A DNA stretch of 63,498 nucleotides, filler included. It is 5 parts of 5 records of this genome, joined end to end, with 100 filler letters (N's around TTAATTAATTAA, not from the genome) between each part and the next. Parts side by side here need not be neighbours in the genome. Positions count along the whole stretch, not along the records: positions 17,648 to 34,236 come from SRR20825010_5810; 4 more parts are not named here. The stretch is one strand, 5' to 3'. Below, in pieces: positions 19,133 through 31,227 of this stretch (positions are counted from its first letter, which is position 1; each line of letters begins with the position of its first letter). The notes below the pieces were generated by a model that was not told where the DNA came from, did not search any database, and saw nothing but the letters and a program-made list of their open reading frames with translations. A program made the position numbers and the translations under genes.

Positions 19133-21706
19133 ATGGCATCCCCCAGAGACAGGCGTGATCGCGGCAGACGTGGATCGGAAGGTACCGAAAGCGACTGGAT
19201 GACGCGGCGGCTCGACGGGCTTGGTCCAGTTCGCATGGGCGTTGGAGTGAACAGCTTCGACGATGAAGGTGAAGCCTCGCAAGCAAATATACGCCCATCC
19301 GACGAGACGCCACGATCTTGGTTTGCGCGAGCGGGCGGTCGTAAGCGTGCGGCGGGTCCGGCCAAAAGCCAGAAATCTAAAAGTCAGAAAAAAACAACCA
19401 AGGGCATAATTCTGCGGGCGGATGCTGCAACACGTTCGGTGCCACCTTTGTCTTCCGATGCTGAAGATGACGAGATGGATCGTAACAGTCGGAAAGCAAC
19501 GACAGGCGGCAAGCGCGGACAGGGTAATAATGGTCGAACGCGCAACAAGCGCATCGAGCCGAAATTGGATCAGGGCAAATCTGGCAAGCCTGTGCTAAGC
19601 GGTGCCAAACGCGGCGGCGCCGGAGGCGGAAACAAAGGTGGCGGCAGTAGGGGCGGAAGCAGTGGATCATCTGGCAGACGCCGGCAACCAGCTCCGCGCC
19701 CGCGTTCGGGCAGGATCGGAAACATGCTGCGCGGCATGCTCTATTGGGCAACCGTGGTTTGTCTTTGGTTCGCCATCGGCATTGGCGGAATGCTTTTCTA
19801 TTATGCGATGCAACTGCCAGACACCTCTGGTCTGTGGAGCACAGACCATGCCCCCTCTATGTCCATTCTTGCAGATGACGGTGAGACACTAAGCCATCGC
19901 GGTGACATGCGCGGCGGAATGGTCATGGCGTCCGACCTGCCAAGTTATGTGTCGCAAGCGGTGATAGCGACGGAAGACCAGCGCTTCTACTGGCATTTCG
20001 GCGTGGACCCGATCGGGTTGGCCCGCGCGGCATGGCAGAACTATCGCGCAGGTTATATTGTGCAAGGCGGCTCGACCATCACACAGCAGTTGGCAAAGAA
20101 TGTTTTCTTGACCGCAGAGCGCACGCTGAACCGTAAGATTCAGGAGATGCTGCTAGCGATCTGGCTTGAGGCAAGATATTCCAAAGATCAAATTCTGACA
20201 CTCTATCTCAACCGCGTATATTTCGGTGGCGGCGCATATGGTATTGAAGGCGCCTCAGAACGCTTCTTCAAGAAATCAGCACGGGAGCTGACGTTGCCCG
20301 AAGCCGCGATGCTCGCTGGTTTGCTGAAGGCTCCTTCGCACTATTCGCCGACCAACAGTATCGAACGTGCCCGCCAACGTGCGGCCATTGTGCTGGACAA
20401 TATGGAGCGCGAAGGTTTCATCACGCGCGAAGACGAACAATATGCGCTGGCCTATCCGGCTTCGCTTGAGGGCTATTCAGCATCGGGATCGATCAACTAT
20501 TTTGTCGACTGGGTAGCCGACGTGCTGCCTGCGTATACGGGCGAGATGACGTCTGATCTTATCGTGCGTACGACAATCGATCCGGCCATGCAACGCGCCG
20601 CCGAAGAGGTGGTTGCGCAATGGTTGAAGCAGCAAGGCGAAGACGCCAACGTGTCGCAAGCCGCTCTTGTCGCCATGACACCGGATGGTGCCGTGCGTGC
20701 CATGGTGGGTGGTCGCTCCTATGCGCAGAGTCAGTTCAACCGCGCTGTACAGGCATTGCGCCAGCCCGGCTCCGCCTTCAAGCCCTTTGTCTATCTGACA
20801 GCCATGGAAAGCGGACTGACGCCTGACACCATACGTGTCGATAGGCCCGTTACCTATGGTACCTGGTCTCCATCCAACTATACCGACCGCTTTAAAGGCT
20901 CGATGACACTCACTGATGCGCTCGCAGACAGCATCAATACGATTGCTGTGCAAGTGGCGCAGGAAGTGGGCATCCGCAATGTGGTGCGCACCGCACAACG
21001 TCTCGGGATACAACAAAACCTGCCCGCCAATCTTTCGCTGGCCCTCGGCACGTGCGATGTCAATCTGCTTGAGCTGACGGGGGCCTATGCTGCCTTTGCG
21101 AATGGTGGCTTCGGTGTTTTGCCGCACGGGATCGAGGAAGTGCACACGCGCAGTGGCGAAGAAGTGTACCGCCGACAGGGGTCTGGTCTTGGCCGCGTGA
21201 TGAGTGACCCGACCGTTGGTGAAATGAACTACATGCTGAAAGCCGTGATGAAAGAAGGCACGGGTCGTAAAGCGGCGCTTGCCGGTCGCGAAACAGCAGG
21301 TAAGACCGGCACTAGTCAGGATTTCCGAGATGCGTGGTTTGTTGGTTACAGCGCTGATTTGGTTGTCGGTGTTTGGGTCGGCAATGACAATCGCGCTCCG
21401 ATGAAGAAAGTCACGGGCGGTGGTTTACCCGCAGGCATCTGGCATGACTTTATGGAGCGTACACAGAGCAACGTGATTGTGGCTGGATTGCCGGGACAAT
21501 ATCCCGATAACAGCTATAAAAAATTGCCTGACAATTACGGTACTTCGACAGAGCTGACAGCTGACGATGCGTTTGCCGATCCCGAGCGAAAGCGCCAATG
21601 GGAAGAGCCGGGCTTTTTCGAGCGCCTATTTGGTGCGTCGGAGCCGCGCTACGGAAACGACCGCGGATCCTCGGCCACGCGCCCCGGGCATAATCCCGGA
21701 CGGTAG
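19133..21706 (+). CDS. Class A penicillin-binding protein (PBP1A family) with long N-terminal tail; start uncertain
   Basis: [10 protein letters not shown] and [12 protein letters not shown] transglycosylase motifs; SAFK, SIN and KTG transpeptidase motifs. Confidence 0.92.
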   Translation: MASPRDRRDRGRRGSEGTESDWMTRRLDGLGPVRMGVGVNSFDDEGEASQANIRPSDETPRSWFARAGGRKRAAGPAKSQKSKSQKKTTKGIILRADAATRSVPPLSSDAEDDEMDRNSRKATTGGKRGQGNNGRTRNKRIEPKLDQGKSGKPVLSGAKRGGAGGGNKGGGSRGGSSGSSGRRRQPAPRPRSGRIGNMLRGMLYWATVVCLWFAIGIGGMLFYYAMQLPDTSGLWSTDHAPSMSILADDGETLSHRGDMRGGMVMASDLPSYVSQAVIATEDQRFYWHFGVDPIGLARAAWQNYRAGYIVQGGSTITQQLAKNVFLTAERTLNRKIQEMLLAIWLEARYSKDQILTLYLNRVYFGGGAYGIEGASERFFKKSARELTLPEAAMLAGLLKAPSHYSPTNSIERARQRAAIVLDNMEREGFITREDEQYALAYPASLEGYSASGSINYFVDWVADVLPAYTGEMTSDLIVRTTIDPAMQRAAEEVVAQWLKQQGEDANVSQAALVAMTPDGAVRAMVGGRSYAQSQFNRAVQALRQPGSAFKPFVYLTAMESGLTPDTIRVDRPVTYGTWSPSNYTDRFKGSMTLTDALADSINTIAVQVAQEVGIRNVVRTAQRLGIQQNLPANLSLALGTCDVNLLELTGAYAAFANGGFGVLPHGIEEVHTRSGEEVYRRQGSGLGRVMSDPTVGEMNYMLKAVMKEGTGRKAALAGRETAGKTGTSQDFRDAWFVGYSADLVVGVWVGNDNRAPMKKVTGGGLPAGIWHDFMERTQSNVIVAGLPGQYPDNSYKKLPDNYGTSTELTADDAFADPERKRQWEEPGFFERLFGASEPRYGNDRGSSATRPGHNPGR

Positions 21707-21725
21707 TGCTGCGGTCAGCCGGTGC

Positions 21726-22496
21726 TCAGAATGGGTCTGCACCATAGCGGTGTAGTCCTGGGCCATTGATCTCCAACCAGAGTTTTGATTTTTCGTAGTG
21801 CGGTATGGCATCTTCCACCAGAGCCCAGAAACGGGCTCCATGGTTCATATGCCGTAGATGTGCTACCTCATGCGCAGCGACATAATCCAGCACATGTGGC
21901 GGCGCCATGATGAGCCGCCACGAAAAGGAAAGTGCCCGCGAGGACGAGCATGATCCCCAGCGGCTGGTTTGGTCGCGCAATGTGATGCGGGCCGGGCGCA
22001 CATCGAAGACTTCAGCATGGAAAAGTGACCGTGCGGTCAGCTCTTCGCGAGCCTGAACCTTCAGCCAGTCGGTGACGCGGCGTTGCATGAAATCGATATC
22101 GCCAGTAACGCAAATTTCTGGAAGGCCGAATGTTTCCGAACCGGAACGCCGCCAGACAGGCCCGCGACCGGTCTCATGCGCCCGATGGCGGGCGACGTGG
22201 CGCAACAGATGTTCCCGCCCCCGATAGGGGATGCGGGTGCCGCTTTTGAAAGGCACGGGCGGAGGTACGTGTTCCAGCCGGTCGGCAATCCATTGCCTTT
22301 GCTCCTGTGCGAAGGCAAGCGCCTTGGCCATGCCGCGTTTGGTTGGAGAAGTGACCTGAACGGAGCCAGCAGCCAGATCGACACGCACAATGATGCGCCG
22401 CGCACGCGGATTATGCAGTGCTGTCACAGGCACCTTGCGGTCGCCTATATCCAGATAATCAATATGCAACGAAGCGGGCTTCGAGTGTGAGGGCAT
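21726..22496 (-). CDS. YgjP/DUF45-type zinc metallopeptidase-like protein
   Basis: RWGSCS and DYVAAHEVAHLRHMNHG..FW. Confidence 0.88.
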   Translation of the reverse strand: MPSHSKPASLHIDYLDIGDRKVPVTALHNPRARRIIVRVDLAAGSVQVTSPTKRGMAKALAFAQEQRQWIADRLEHVPPPVPFKSGTRIPYRGREHLLRHVARHRAHETGRGPVWRRSGSETFGLPEICVTGDIDFMQRRVTDWLKVQAREELTARSLFHAEVFDVRPARITLRDQTSRWGSCSSSRALSFSWRLIMAPPHVLDYVAAHEVAHLRHMNHGARFWALVEDAIPHYEKSKLWLEINGPGLHRYGADPF

Positions 22497-22732
22497 GTGG
22501 TGGCGAACTCTTTGGACTTAAAAGGCCTGCACTTCACCGATTTCGGGCAGAACAAGCGGCATGTGCGTGAGAAGCAATTGCCGTCCGGACCGGAGGGCGC
22601 AGCGCCTGTCAAAGCATATCCTGCTACATCCGAATCGCCACTAGCATGACATGAATTTGATCTTTCCAAGAAGGCGATATTGCGTCCGCGAGAAAAATTC
22701 CGTCGCTTTCGGATGCGTATGAGAGGCGACGG

Positions 22733-22762
22733 AAAAAGGCCGGAGTGTCGCCACTCCGGCCT
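22733..22762 (-). terminator. Intrinsic terminator of leuA
   Basis: AGGCCGGAGTG-GCGA-CACTCCGGCC followed by T5 on the minus strand. Confidence 0.85.
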
Positions 22763-22785
22763 GGTCAATTGTCGAGCGAGGCCGG

Positions 22786-24519
<1,734 letters not shown>

Positions 24520-24737
24520 TCAAACATGCAGGCTCCGGACTGCCACGGGCGCAAGGTCCGGTAGCCGGGTTTAAGTCGTGCGCCGACCTGCTGGCAGGAG
24601 AGCGGGAAAGACAGGGTATGTGTACATTCCAAGGTCATTTTAACGTCATTTCGTGCCCCGCCATAAAAAAGAATGGAGCGGTACGGGGCGATGCAACAGG
24701 AACGATGAGGGGGTGGTGTCGGATCAACGGTCTGCGC

Positions 24738-24809
24738 TTAGGCGCAAGCTAGCCCTAGCTCCGTAAGGAGCTTGCTTTTAAGCACAAGAGATGTGGCTTT
24801 CTGATCCAT
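24738..24809 (-). CDS. leuA leader peptide MDQKATSLVLKSKLLTELGLACA
   Basis: 23 aa with 6 Leu, the last two CTA codons; stop lies inside hairpin TGCGC-CTAA-GCGCA; 263 nt upstream of leuA. Confidence 0.75.
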   Translation of the reverse strand: MDQKATSLVLKSKLLTELGLACA

Positions 24810-24815
24810 AGGTCA

Positions 24816-24844
24816 AACCTAGTAGTGGGCGGCCCGACCGTCAA
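24816..24844 (-). promoter_or_regulatory. Sigma70 promoter of the leu leader
   Basis: TTGACG-N17-TAGGTT ending 6 nt before the leader ATG. Confidence 0.6.
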
Positions 24845-24872
24845 GGTCGGACCGGCACCAGTTATCCAGACT

Positions 24873-25511
24873 TTACATTAGGTCCTTAATTTTCTTTGCC
24901 ATGGCTTCGGGATCAGTTGCAGGCGGGAAAAAGGCTAGAAACTTGCCATCCGGTCCCATCAGATAGACCACGGAGGAATGGTCCATTGTGTAGTCGGCGC
25001 TGCTCTCGTCGTCCTTTACCTTCTCGTAATAAACTCGATAGGCTTTGGCGATCGCAGCGATTTCGTCGGCAGAGCCTGTAAGGCCGATCAGGCGCGGATC
25101 GAATTGTTTCACATATTTGGCCAGAACTTCGGGCGTATCTCGTTCGGGGTCGATGGTGACGAGGATCGGCTGGACTTTCTCAGCGTCTTTGCCCAAAGCC
25201 TGTAAGGCACCACTCATGACCTGAAGTTCGGTCGGGCAAACATCCGGGCAAAATGTGAAGCCGAAATAGATGAGCATATATTTGCCCTGAAAGTCGGCCT
25301 GTGTGACGCGGCGTCCATCCTGATCGGTTAGCGTAAAGGCACCACCAATTGTGGGAGTGCCATTGCCCTGATTTGTTCCAGCCTCACCGGCCGCTCCCTG
25401 CACATTGGTCACATCACCGGCCCGCCAAAGAAAAAAAGCGGCCACGGCGGCCAAAATGAGAGCAGCGACGGTAATCAGGGGTCTCATACGTGTCATTATA
25501 GTCCTCGCCAT
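24873..25511 (-). CDS. SCO1/SenC copper chaperone
   Basis: FGFTFCPDVCP, DPERDT, YTMDHS. Confidence 0.93.
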   Translation of the reverse strand: MARTIMTRMRPLITVAALILAAVAAFFLWRAGDVTNVQGAAGEAGTNQGNGTPTIGGAFTLTDQDGRRVTQADFQGKYMLIYFGFTFCPDVCPTELQVMSGALQALGKDAEKVQPILVTIDPERDTPEVLAKYVKQFDPRLIGLTGSADEIAAIAKAYRVYYEKVKDDESSADYTMDHSSVVYLMGPDGKFLAFFPPATDPEAMAKKIKDLM

Positions 25512-25648
25512 GTAACGGGCTGTTTAGGCCCGGTTATTGGGTCTCTTTCAGCGGAAGAGGCTTCTTTGAGCATTTGGTTCGGCGCCCGTAGGCGCTACGA
25601 TGGGGCTGTAGGTATTGAGTATTGAGTATAGAGAAACGGAACTGAATT

Positions 25649-26257
25649 ATGGGTGACCAAATGACACGGGGTTGGCGGCTGCGTCATCTGCTGGGAGCAG
25701 CATTTTTGGCTGGAGGGATGTTTTTGACTTTGGCTCCGGCCAACGCGACAGATCAGATTTTCCCCGGGCAGGACGTCCGCCTTCCAGATAATGACTTGAT
25801 TGAGGCGGCACGTAGCGGCGACGTAGATGGTGTTCGCAATGCCCTGATGCGCGGTATTCCGCCGGATGACGGCGGCATCGAATATATCCCTGCCATCACT
25901 GTCGCCACGAAGTACAACCACGCTGATGTCGTGAAATTCCTGCTGGAGAATGGTGCCAATCCCAATCGTCGTGCGCGTGACGGATCGACTGCATTGGCAG
26001 CTGCCACTCAGGCTGGCAGTGCTTCACTGGTTAAGATTTTGTTGGATGGTGGTGCCAACCCCGATTTGCTGGCAGATCATGGCGACACCCCAATTTTCAT
26101 TGCAGTTCGCGCGCGACGCACAACCATTGTTCAGATTTTGGTCGATCACGGGGCGGAGCTTAACGATACCGACCTGACAGGCAGGACTGTGCTGGATCTG
26201 GCCGAAGAGCGGCATTATGACGATATAGTGCAGTTGTTGCGCAATGCAGGAGCGTGA
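25649..26257 (+). CDS. Exported ankyrin-repeat protein
   Basis: Signal peptide; repeats such as GSTALAAA, GDTPIFIA, GRTVLDLA with LLxxGA. Confidence 0.85.
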   Translation: MGDQMTRGWRLRHLLGAAFLAGGMFLTLAPANATDQIFPGQDVRLPDNDLIEAARSGDVDGVRNALMRGIPPDDGGIEYIPAITVATKYNHADVVKFLLENGANPNRRARDGSTALAAATQAGSASLVKILLDGGANPDLLADHGDTPIFIAVRARRTTIVQILVDHGAELNDTDLTGRTVLDLAEERHYDDIVQLLRNAGA

Positions 26258-26356
26258 AATCACACATCCCCGAAATCCGTTACCCATTGTGATGGCAGCG
26301 CTACTGCCTATATTTAATTGATAATGGTCATACCAAAAAAGCCGAGAAATTCTGAT

Positions 26357-27511
26357 ATGGACGATCCGAAAAAAAAGGACCGTCTGAAAACTCGCCTGCA
26401 CAAGGCGGGAGCAAAGATTGTCGGGGCCGATGCGCCGCATGCAACACATGCCGCCGACGATCCGCAAAACCATCATCGTGAGGTGGCAGGAACTGTGCTC
26501 GACGATGATGGCGGCAAGCCGTGGCATCATCTGGATGACGGCACATTCCGGAATCCGCGCGGCAGCCCCAAAAGATCTTTAGGCCGGATGCGCCATGCCG
26601 GGCCCTTCTTTTTTGAAATGCTGAAGCGTGGCAGCCGGAAAGTCGACATCCCGCAAGGCCATGTGCTGCCCCGTGATCTTGCTGTGCGGGCCATGAAAAC
26701 ACAGGCTGATGCGCCTGAAGATTTCTTGACATGGCTTGGTCATGCAGCCTTTCTGATCCGTATTGGCGGCATTACTGTTCTCACAGACCCCTATCTCACT
26801 AGCAATGCCGGACCGGCAGGACTTGGCCCCAAGCGCTTTGTCAAATGCGGCATCCCGATGTCTGAGCTGCCACGCATCGACGTGCTGGTGGTGAGCCACA
26901 ACCACTATGACCATCTCGACGAGCGTGCGTTATCGCGTCTGCCCCATAAGGATGAGATGACGGTAATCGTGCCGCTGAAGCTCGGAGATTTTTTCCGCAC
27001 GCGCGGATTTCCGAATGTGGTCGAACTCGACTGGCACGACACGCATGACGTGGGTGGTGTGTCCTTCATGGCATTACCGGTTGTCCATTGGTCGCGGCGC
27101 TCGGGCTTTGATACCAATCGCACACTTTGGGCGGGTTTCAAGATCACCAGCGCGGATCACAATCTCTTTTTCGGCGGCGATTCCGGTTACGGACCCGTAT
27201 TCGAAGAAATCGGCGCGCAATACGGACCTTTCGACACGGCACTTCTGGGCATTGGTGCCTATGAGCCGCGTCAGATGATGAAGGCCAGTCATGCTAATCC
27301 GGAAGAGGCGGTGCAGATGGGGCTCGATCTCAAAGCCCGCCGTGTTGTTGGCATGCATTGGGGGACTGTGCTCTTGACCATCGAGCCACCTTTCGAACCA
27401 CCGGAGCGATTTCGCGCCGCCGGAGCTGAACAGGGCTTTGCGGAAAAAGACGTCTGGATCATGGCGATCGGTGAGACTCGACCGCTAACAGGCTGGCCAT
27501 CAAATCAATAG
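26357..27511 (+). CDS. MBL-fold metallo-hydrolase (NAPE-PLD-like)
   Basis: WLGHA, LTDP, SHNHYDHLD, HWSRR, GDSGY, MHWGT. Confidence 0.88.
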   Translation: MDDPKKKDRLKTRLHKAGAKIVGADAPHATHAADDPQNHHREVAGTVLDDDGGKPWHHLDDGTFRNPRGSPKRSLGRMRHAGPFFFEMLKRGSRKVDIPQGHVLPRDLAVRAMKTQADAPEDFLTWLGHAAFLIRIGGITVLTDPYLTSNAGPAGLGPKRFVKCGIPMSELPRIDVLVVSHNHYDHLDERALSRLPHKDEMTVIVPLKLGDFFRTRGFPNVVELDWHDTHDVGGVSFMALPVVHWSRRSGFDTNRTLWAGFKITSADHNLFFGGDSGYGPVFEEIGAQYGPFDTALLGIGAYEPRQMMKASHANPEEAVQMGLDLKARRVVGMHWGTVLLTIEPPFEPPERFRAAGAEQGFAEKDVWIMAIGETRPLTGWPSNQ

Positions 27512-27606
27512 AAATCAATAATCCGGTTAGCGCGCGAACCGCGTTACACTCCTGATAAATGCAATGCCCCATATCGCAAGACGGGCAGGACGAGGGAGGC
27601 CGGACC

Positions 27607-29004
27607 ATGGCCGTTGTGGAAGACCAGGATGTAGGCGGCATGCGCTGGGTGCGCCGCCGGATTTTGAGCCCCGAATTGCAGCTTGGGCAGGTAGATTCCG
27701 GTCGCGTGCGCTTGCAGACATTGGTTCTGCTGCGCTGGCTTGCCATCGCCGGTCAGCTTGTCGCCGTGTTGCTAGTCAATGTGGTTTTCAATTTTCCGCT
27801 GCCGCTGGGCTTTTGCCTGATTGCGATCATGGCATCGGCGTTTCTCAACATATTCCTTACATTGCGCTATCGCACCAATGTGCGTTTGCCGGACTGGCAG
27901 GCGGCGGTCTACTTCGCAATCGATCTAGCACAACTTGCGGTGTTGCTCTTTCTCACCGGCGGGTTGCAAAATCCGTTTGCGCTGCTTTTCATGGCGCCGG
28001 TGACGATTTCCGCCACCACTCTTTCACTACGCTCCACCATCGCGCTTCTGGCGCTGTCGCTGATCTATGTGACGTCTCTTGCCTTCTTTCACATGCCACT
28101 GCCATGGACACCGGATGAGAGCTTTGTCGTCCCCGATCTCTATCTGGCCGGCAATTGGGTGGCCATCTCGCTGGGGCTTGGTTTCATTGCGGCCTATGCC
28201 TGGCGGATTTCGCAAGAATCCAAGCGCATGTCTGCGGCACTTTCAGCTACGCAATTTGTGTTGGCTCGTGCACAACGCCTATCCGCACTTGATGGCTTGG
28301 CGGCGGCCGCGGCGCATGAACTTGGAACACCGCTTGGTACCATAGCGCTTGTGGCAAAGGAGCTTCAGCGTGGCGGGCTCTCACCGGAAGAAATGAAAGA
28401 AGACCTCGATCTGCTGGCCAGTCAGGCGGATCGCTGTAAGGAAATTCTGGGTCGCCTGTCACGCGAACCCAAGGGCGAGGACGCGCTCTATTCGCGTTTG
28501 CCGCTGCATGTTCTGTTGGACGAGGTTATCAACCCGCATCGTGATCTTGATGTTCGTTTCGATGTCTCGATCCTTGCAGGTGAAACCGAAGCCAAAGAAC
28601 CTGAAATCTGGCGTCGTCCTGAAATTCTTTATGGTCTGGGAAATTTCATTGAGAATGCCGCCGATTTTGCCAAATCCGAAGTCGCGTTGATCGTCGTTTA
28701 TACTTCGTCCAAGATCATGCTTTCGATCATTGATGACGGTCCGGGTTTTGCGCCCGACGTGATCGAAAAACTTGGCGAGCCATATGTCACTACAAGGCCA
28801 CGCACACAGGCGCGGATGGATGATCCGGACGGAGAGCATGAGGGCATGGGGCTTGGATTTTTTATCGCCAAGACATTGCTGGAGCGCACCAAGGCGCGTG
28901 TGGAGATGGCTAACCGGCAGGATGGTAAGGCTGGCGCGCAGGTCACGATCACCTGGCCGCGCGAGGCGGTGGAGGCGGACTCACCCTTTCCTCTCAAGGC
29001 GTGA
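27607..29004 (+). CDS. regB: Redox-sensing histidine kinase RegB/PrrB/ActS
   Basis: GGLQNPF quinone motif, AAAAAHELGTPL H-box, redox Cys in RCKEIL; GAGGGAGG RBS. Confidence 0.93.
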   Translation: MAVVEDQDVGGMRWVRRRILSPELQLGQVDSGRVRLQTLVLLRWLAIAGQLVAVLLVNVVFNFPLPLGFCLIAIMASAFLNIFLTLRYRTNVRLPDWQAAVYFAIDLAQLAVLLFLTGGLQNPFALLFMAPVTISATTLSLRSTIALLALSLIYVTSLAFFHMPLPWTPDESFVVPDLYLAGNWVAISLGLGFIAAYAWRISQESKRMSAALSATQFVLARAQRLSALDGLAAAAAHELGTPLGTIALVAKELQRGGLSPEEMKEDLDLLASQADRCKEILGRLSREPKGEDALYSRLPLHVLLDEVINPHRDLDVRFDVSILAGETEAKEPEIWRRPEILYGLGNFIENAADFAKSEVALIVVYTSSKIMLSIIDDGPGFAPDVIEKLGEPYVTTRPRTQARMDDPDGEHEGMGLGFFIAKTLLERTKARVEMANRQDGKAGAQVTITWPREAVEADSPFPLKA

Positions 29005-29111
29005 CAGTTTGCCCCGCATCATGCTTTAAGGCTAGATTCATAATGGATTTCAATATGTTGGCCTTATTCGCTCTTTCGTTCTAAAATCCCGCCACCTGAT
29101 GAGGCAACAAA

Positions 29112-29687
29112 GTGCAGAAAATGACCGACAAAGCTGAGGATGGCGCCCGACCCTTCATTCCAGAGGACAGGACCCTGCTACTGGTCGATGACGACGTACC
29201 CTTTCTGACCAGACTGGCCCGTGCCATGGAATCGCGAGGCTTTGAGGTGACCGTCGCCAATACCGTAAAAGACGGCAAGGATCTGGCGCGTGCGAAGAAA
29301 CCGGCATTTGCGGTCGTCGATCTGCGACTGGAAGACGGCAACGGTCTGGATGTTGTTGCCTCCATTCAGGAGAGCCGACCGGAAGCTCGGATTGTGGTGT
29401 TGACCGGCTATGGCAATATCGCGACAGCGGTGGCTGCCGTGAAGCTTGGTGCGGTGGATTATCTGGCCAAGCCGTCGGACGCAGATGCTATCGAAGCTGC
29501 TCTTCTGGCGAAAGAAGGTGACAAGGCCGATCCGCCTGAAAATCCAATGTCGGCGGACCGTGTGCGTTGGGAACATATCCAGCGCGTTTACGAGCTTTGT
29601 GATCGCAATGTTTCCGAGACGGCGCGTCGCCTCAATATGCACCGTCGTACACTCCAGCGTATTCTGGCAAAGCGCGCTCCGCGCTGA
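29112..29687 (+). CDS. regA: Response regulator RegA/PrrA/ActR
   Basis: PPENPMSADRVRWEHIQRVYELCDRNVSETARRLNMHRRTLQRILAKRAPR. Confidence 0.96.
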   Translation: MQKMTDKAEDGARPFIPEDRTLLLVDDDVPFLTRLARAMESRGFEVTVANTVKDGKDLARAKKPAFAVVDLRLEDGNGLDVVASIQESRPEARIVVLTGYGNIATAVAAVKLGAVDYLAKPSDADAIEAALLAKEGDKADPPENPMSADRVRWEHIQRVYELCDRNVSETARRLNMHRRTLQRILAKRAPR

Positions 29688-29690
29688 GCC

Positions 29691-30179
29691 TTATTCCGGA
29701 TCCAGAAAACGCATGACGCGTCGCGCAGCGACGCGGGCAAAGAGTTGTGTCAACGCTTTGCGTCGGGCGGGTGCGAGTTTCTGATCATGTGCCCCTTCAC
29801 GCAGAATCTCAGCCCCGAATCTATCCGCGACAATATAGCCAACATCCGCGGGCAAAAGATCCGTAGGAAATTCGGCAGGAACGGCAAAGAAGAACCTGTC
29901 GCAAAATTCCAGATAGTCTTCCCATTTGCTGTCTGCTTGATAGTCGGCCACGCTTGATTTGATCTCTATAATGATAATCTCGCCTTTGGGGCCGAGTGCG
30001 ATCATGTCAGCTCGACGACCTGTGGCAAGCGTGAGTTCGGTTACCGGCGCATAGTTCATCATGCTGAGCAATCTTGCGCAGCCTCGCTGTACGGCCGCCG
30101 CAATAGGCGATTGGCGTCCGTCAAAGGCTCGAAAGCTATCTTCCGGCTCATCGTCGGGAACTTTTGGCGCGGGGCTCAA
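29691..30179 (-). CDS. mmcB: MmcB-family DNA repair protein (PD-(D/E)XK-like)
   Basis: GRRADMIALGPKGEIIIIEIKSSVAD...KW..Y..FCDRFFFAV; convergent on regA. Confidence 0.85.
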   Translation of the reverse strand: MSPAPKVPDDEPEDSFRAFDGRQSPIAAAVQRGCARLLSMMNYAPVTELTLATGRRADMIALGPKGEIIIIEIKSSVADYQADSKWEDYLEFCDRFFFAVPAEFPTDLLPADVGYIVADRFGAEILREGAHDQKLAPARRKALTQLFARVAARRVMRFLDPE

Positions 30180-31105
30180 AGCTCAAGTCCTGCTTCATGG
30201 AGGCAATGGCGCAAAAGGCCCGAGCGTCGCATCTGGTCACGCGGATGACCTGCATTGCCGGCAATGGCAATGGTCATCAAGGCGTTGGCGGCGGATGCAA
30301 GATAGTAGTCGCCCAAATCCGGGGGCGTCCCCTCGCGCGCAGCAAAGCCACGGAAGGCTGCATCGCGCAATGCACCCAAAGGTTCAAAGTGCCTGAACTC
30401 GGTTGCCGCCAGGCTCCAGCCGCTTTCAGCAAAATCCACAAGCCCCAGTGGCTCTTTCTCGCCATGATCGACAAGATTGCCGAGGTTAATATCGCCATGT
30501 ACGAAGACCAGTGGCCCGCGCGCGCGCGCAACATCCCACGCCGCACCAATTAAATCGGCGGCGCGGTGCAATTCAGCACTGCCTAATTGTGTGCGTGCCA
30601 ATGCGAGGCTGCGGGTGACGGTGTCCGCAAGTTTCAAATCGGCAACAAGGGCAAGTTGGGTTGCCTCAGCGTTAAAGTCGGCAATGGCCGCACCGATGCG
30701 TTCACCGAGAATTTGTCGTGTTTGTGCAGGCATGGTCAGGGCGCGATCAACGGTAAGTCGTGTGCCCGACAGCGCCTCGATTCGCAACCAACCGGCCATC
30801 GGTGGCGCTGAACCAATATAGGGATTGTTGAAAGTCTCTCCGCCCAAAAATTGCGGTACGCGCATATAGCTTGAACGCAATCCCGAAAGGACCGTAAGGG
30901 CGCTTACCTCGCGATGATGCAAAGCCTCGCCATTGCCTAGGCCGCCTTGCCGCCGCACGAGTTTGAGCATGGTGCCGTCGCCGAGATCATAGACCTGTCC
31001 CCACAGGCCTTCGCCTGCGAGCTCCCACTGGTCTGGTGCGGGTAGGTCGGCACTGAATGGCGCGACTTCTTTATGGACGGCGTGAAGCGTGGCTATATCG
31101 AACAT
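30176..31105 (-). CDS. Aminoglycoside-phosphotransferase-like kinase
   Basis: GEGLWGQVY, HGDINLGN, LVDF. Confidence 0.75.
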   Translation of the reverse strand: MFDIATLHAVHKEVAPFSADLPAPDQWELAGEGLWGQVYDLGDGTMLKLVRRQGGLGNGEALHHREVSALTVLSGLRSSYMRVPQFLGGETFNNPYIGSAPPMAGWLRIEALSGTRLTVDRALTMPAQTRQILGERIGAAIADFNAEATQLALVADLKLADTVTRSLALARTQLGSAELHRAADLIGAAWDVARARGPLVFVHGDINLGNLVDHGEKEPLGLVDFAESGWSLAATEFRHFEPLGALRDAAFRGFAAREGTPPDLGDYYLASAANALMTIAIAGNAGHPRDQMRRSGLLRHCLHEAGLEL

Positions 31106-31162
31106 GGGCGCGAGCCTAACCAGTTTCCATTGGCAGGTCGATTGGTGAACGGACGTCAAAAT

Positions 31163-31195
31163 AAAAAAGGGCGACCCGATCATGGGCCGCCCTTT
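31163..31195 (-). terminator. Intrinsic terminator of the diiron gene
   Basis: AAAGGGCGGCCC-ATGATC-GGGTCGCCCTTTTTT on the minus strand. Confidence 0.82.
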
Positions 31196-31227
31196 GCAGG
31201 ATCGGAGTCTTAGAGGAGCAACTTATC

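Noticed and set aside
30176-31105. Aminoglycoside resistance gene
   Set aside because: Only generic APH/choline-kinase fold motifs; chromosomal context with no mobile element
31137-31151. Possible alphaproteobacterial LexA box upstream of the kinase-mmcB pair
   Set aside because: Reads GTTC-N7-GACC, two mismatches in the second half-site
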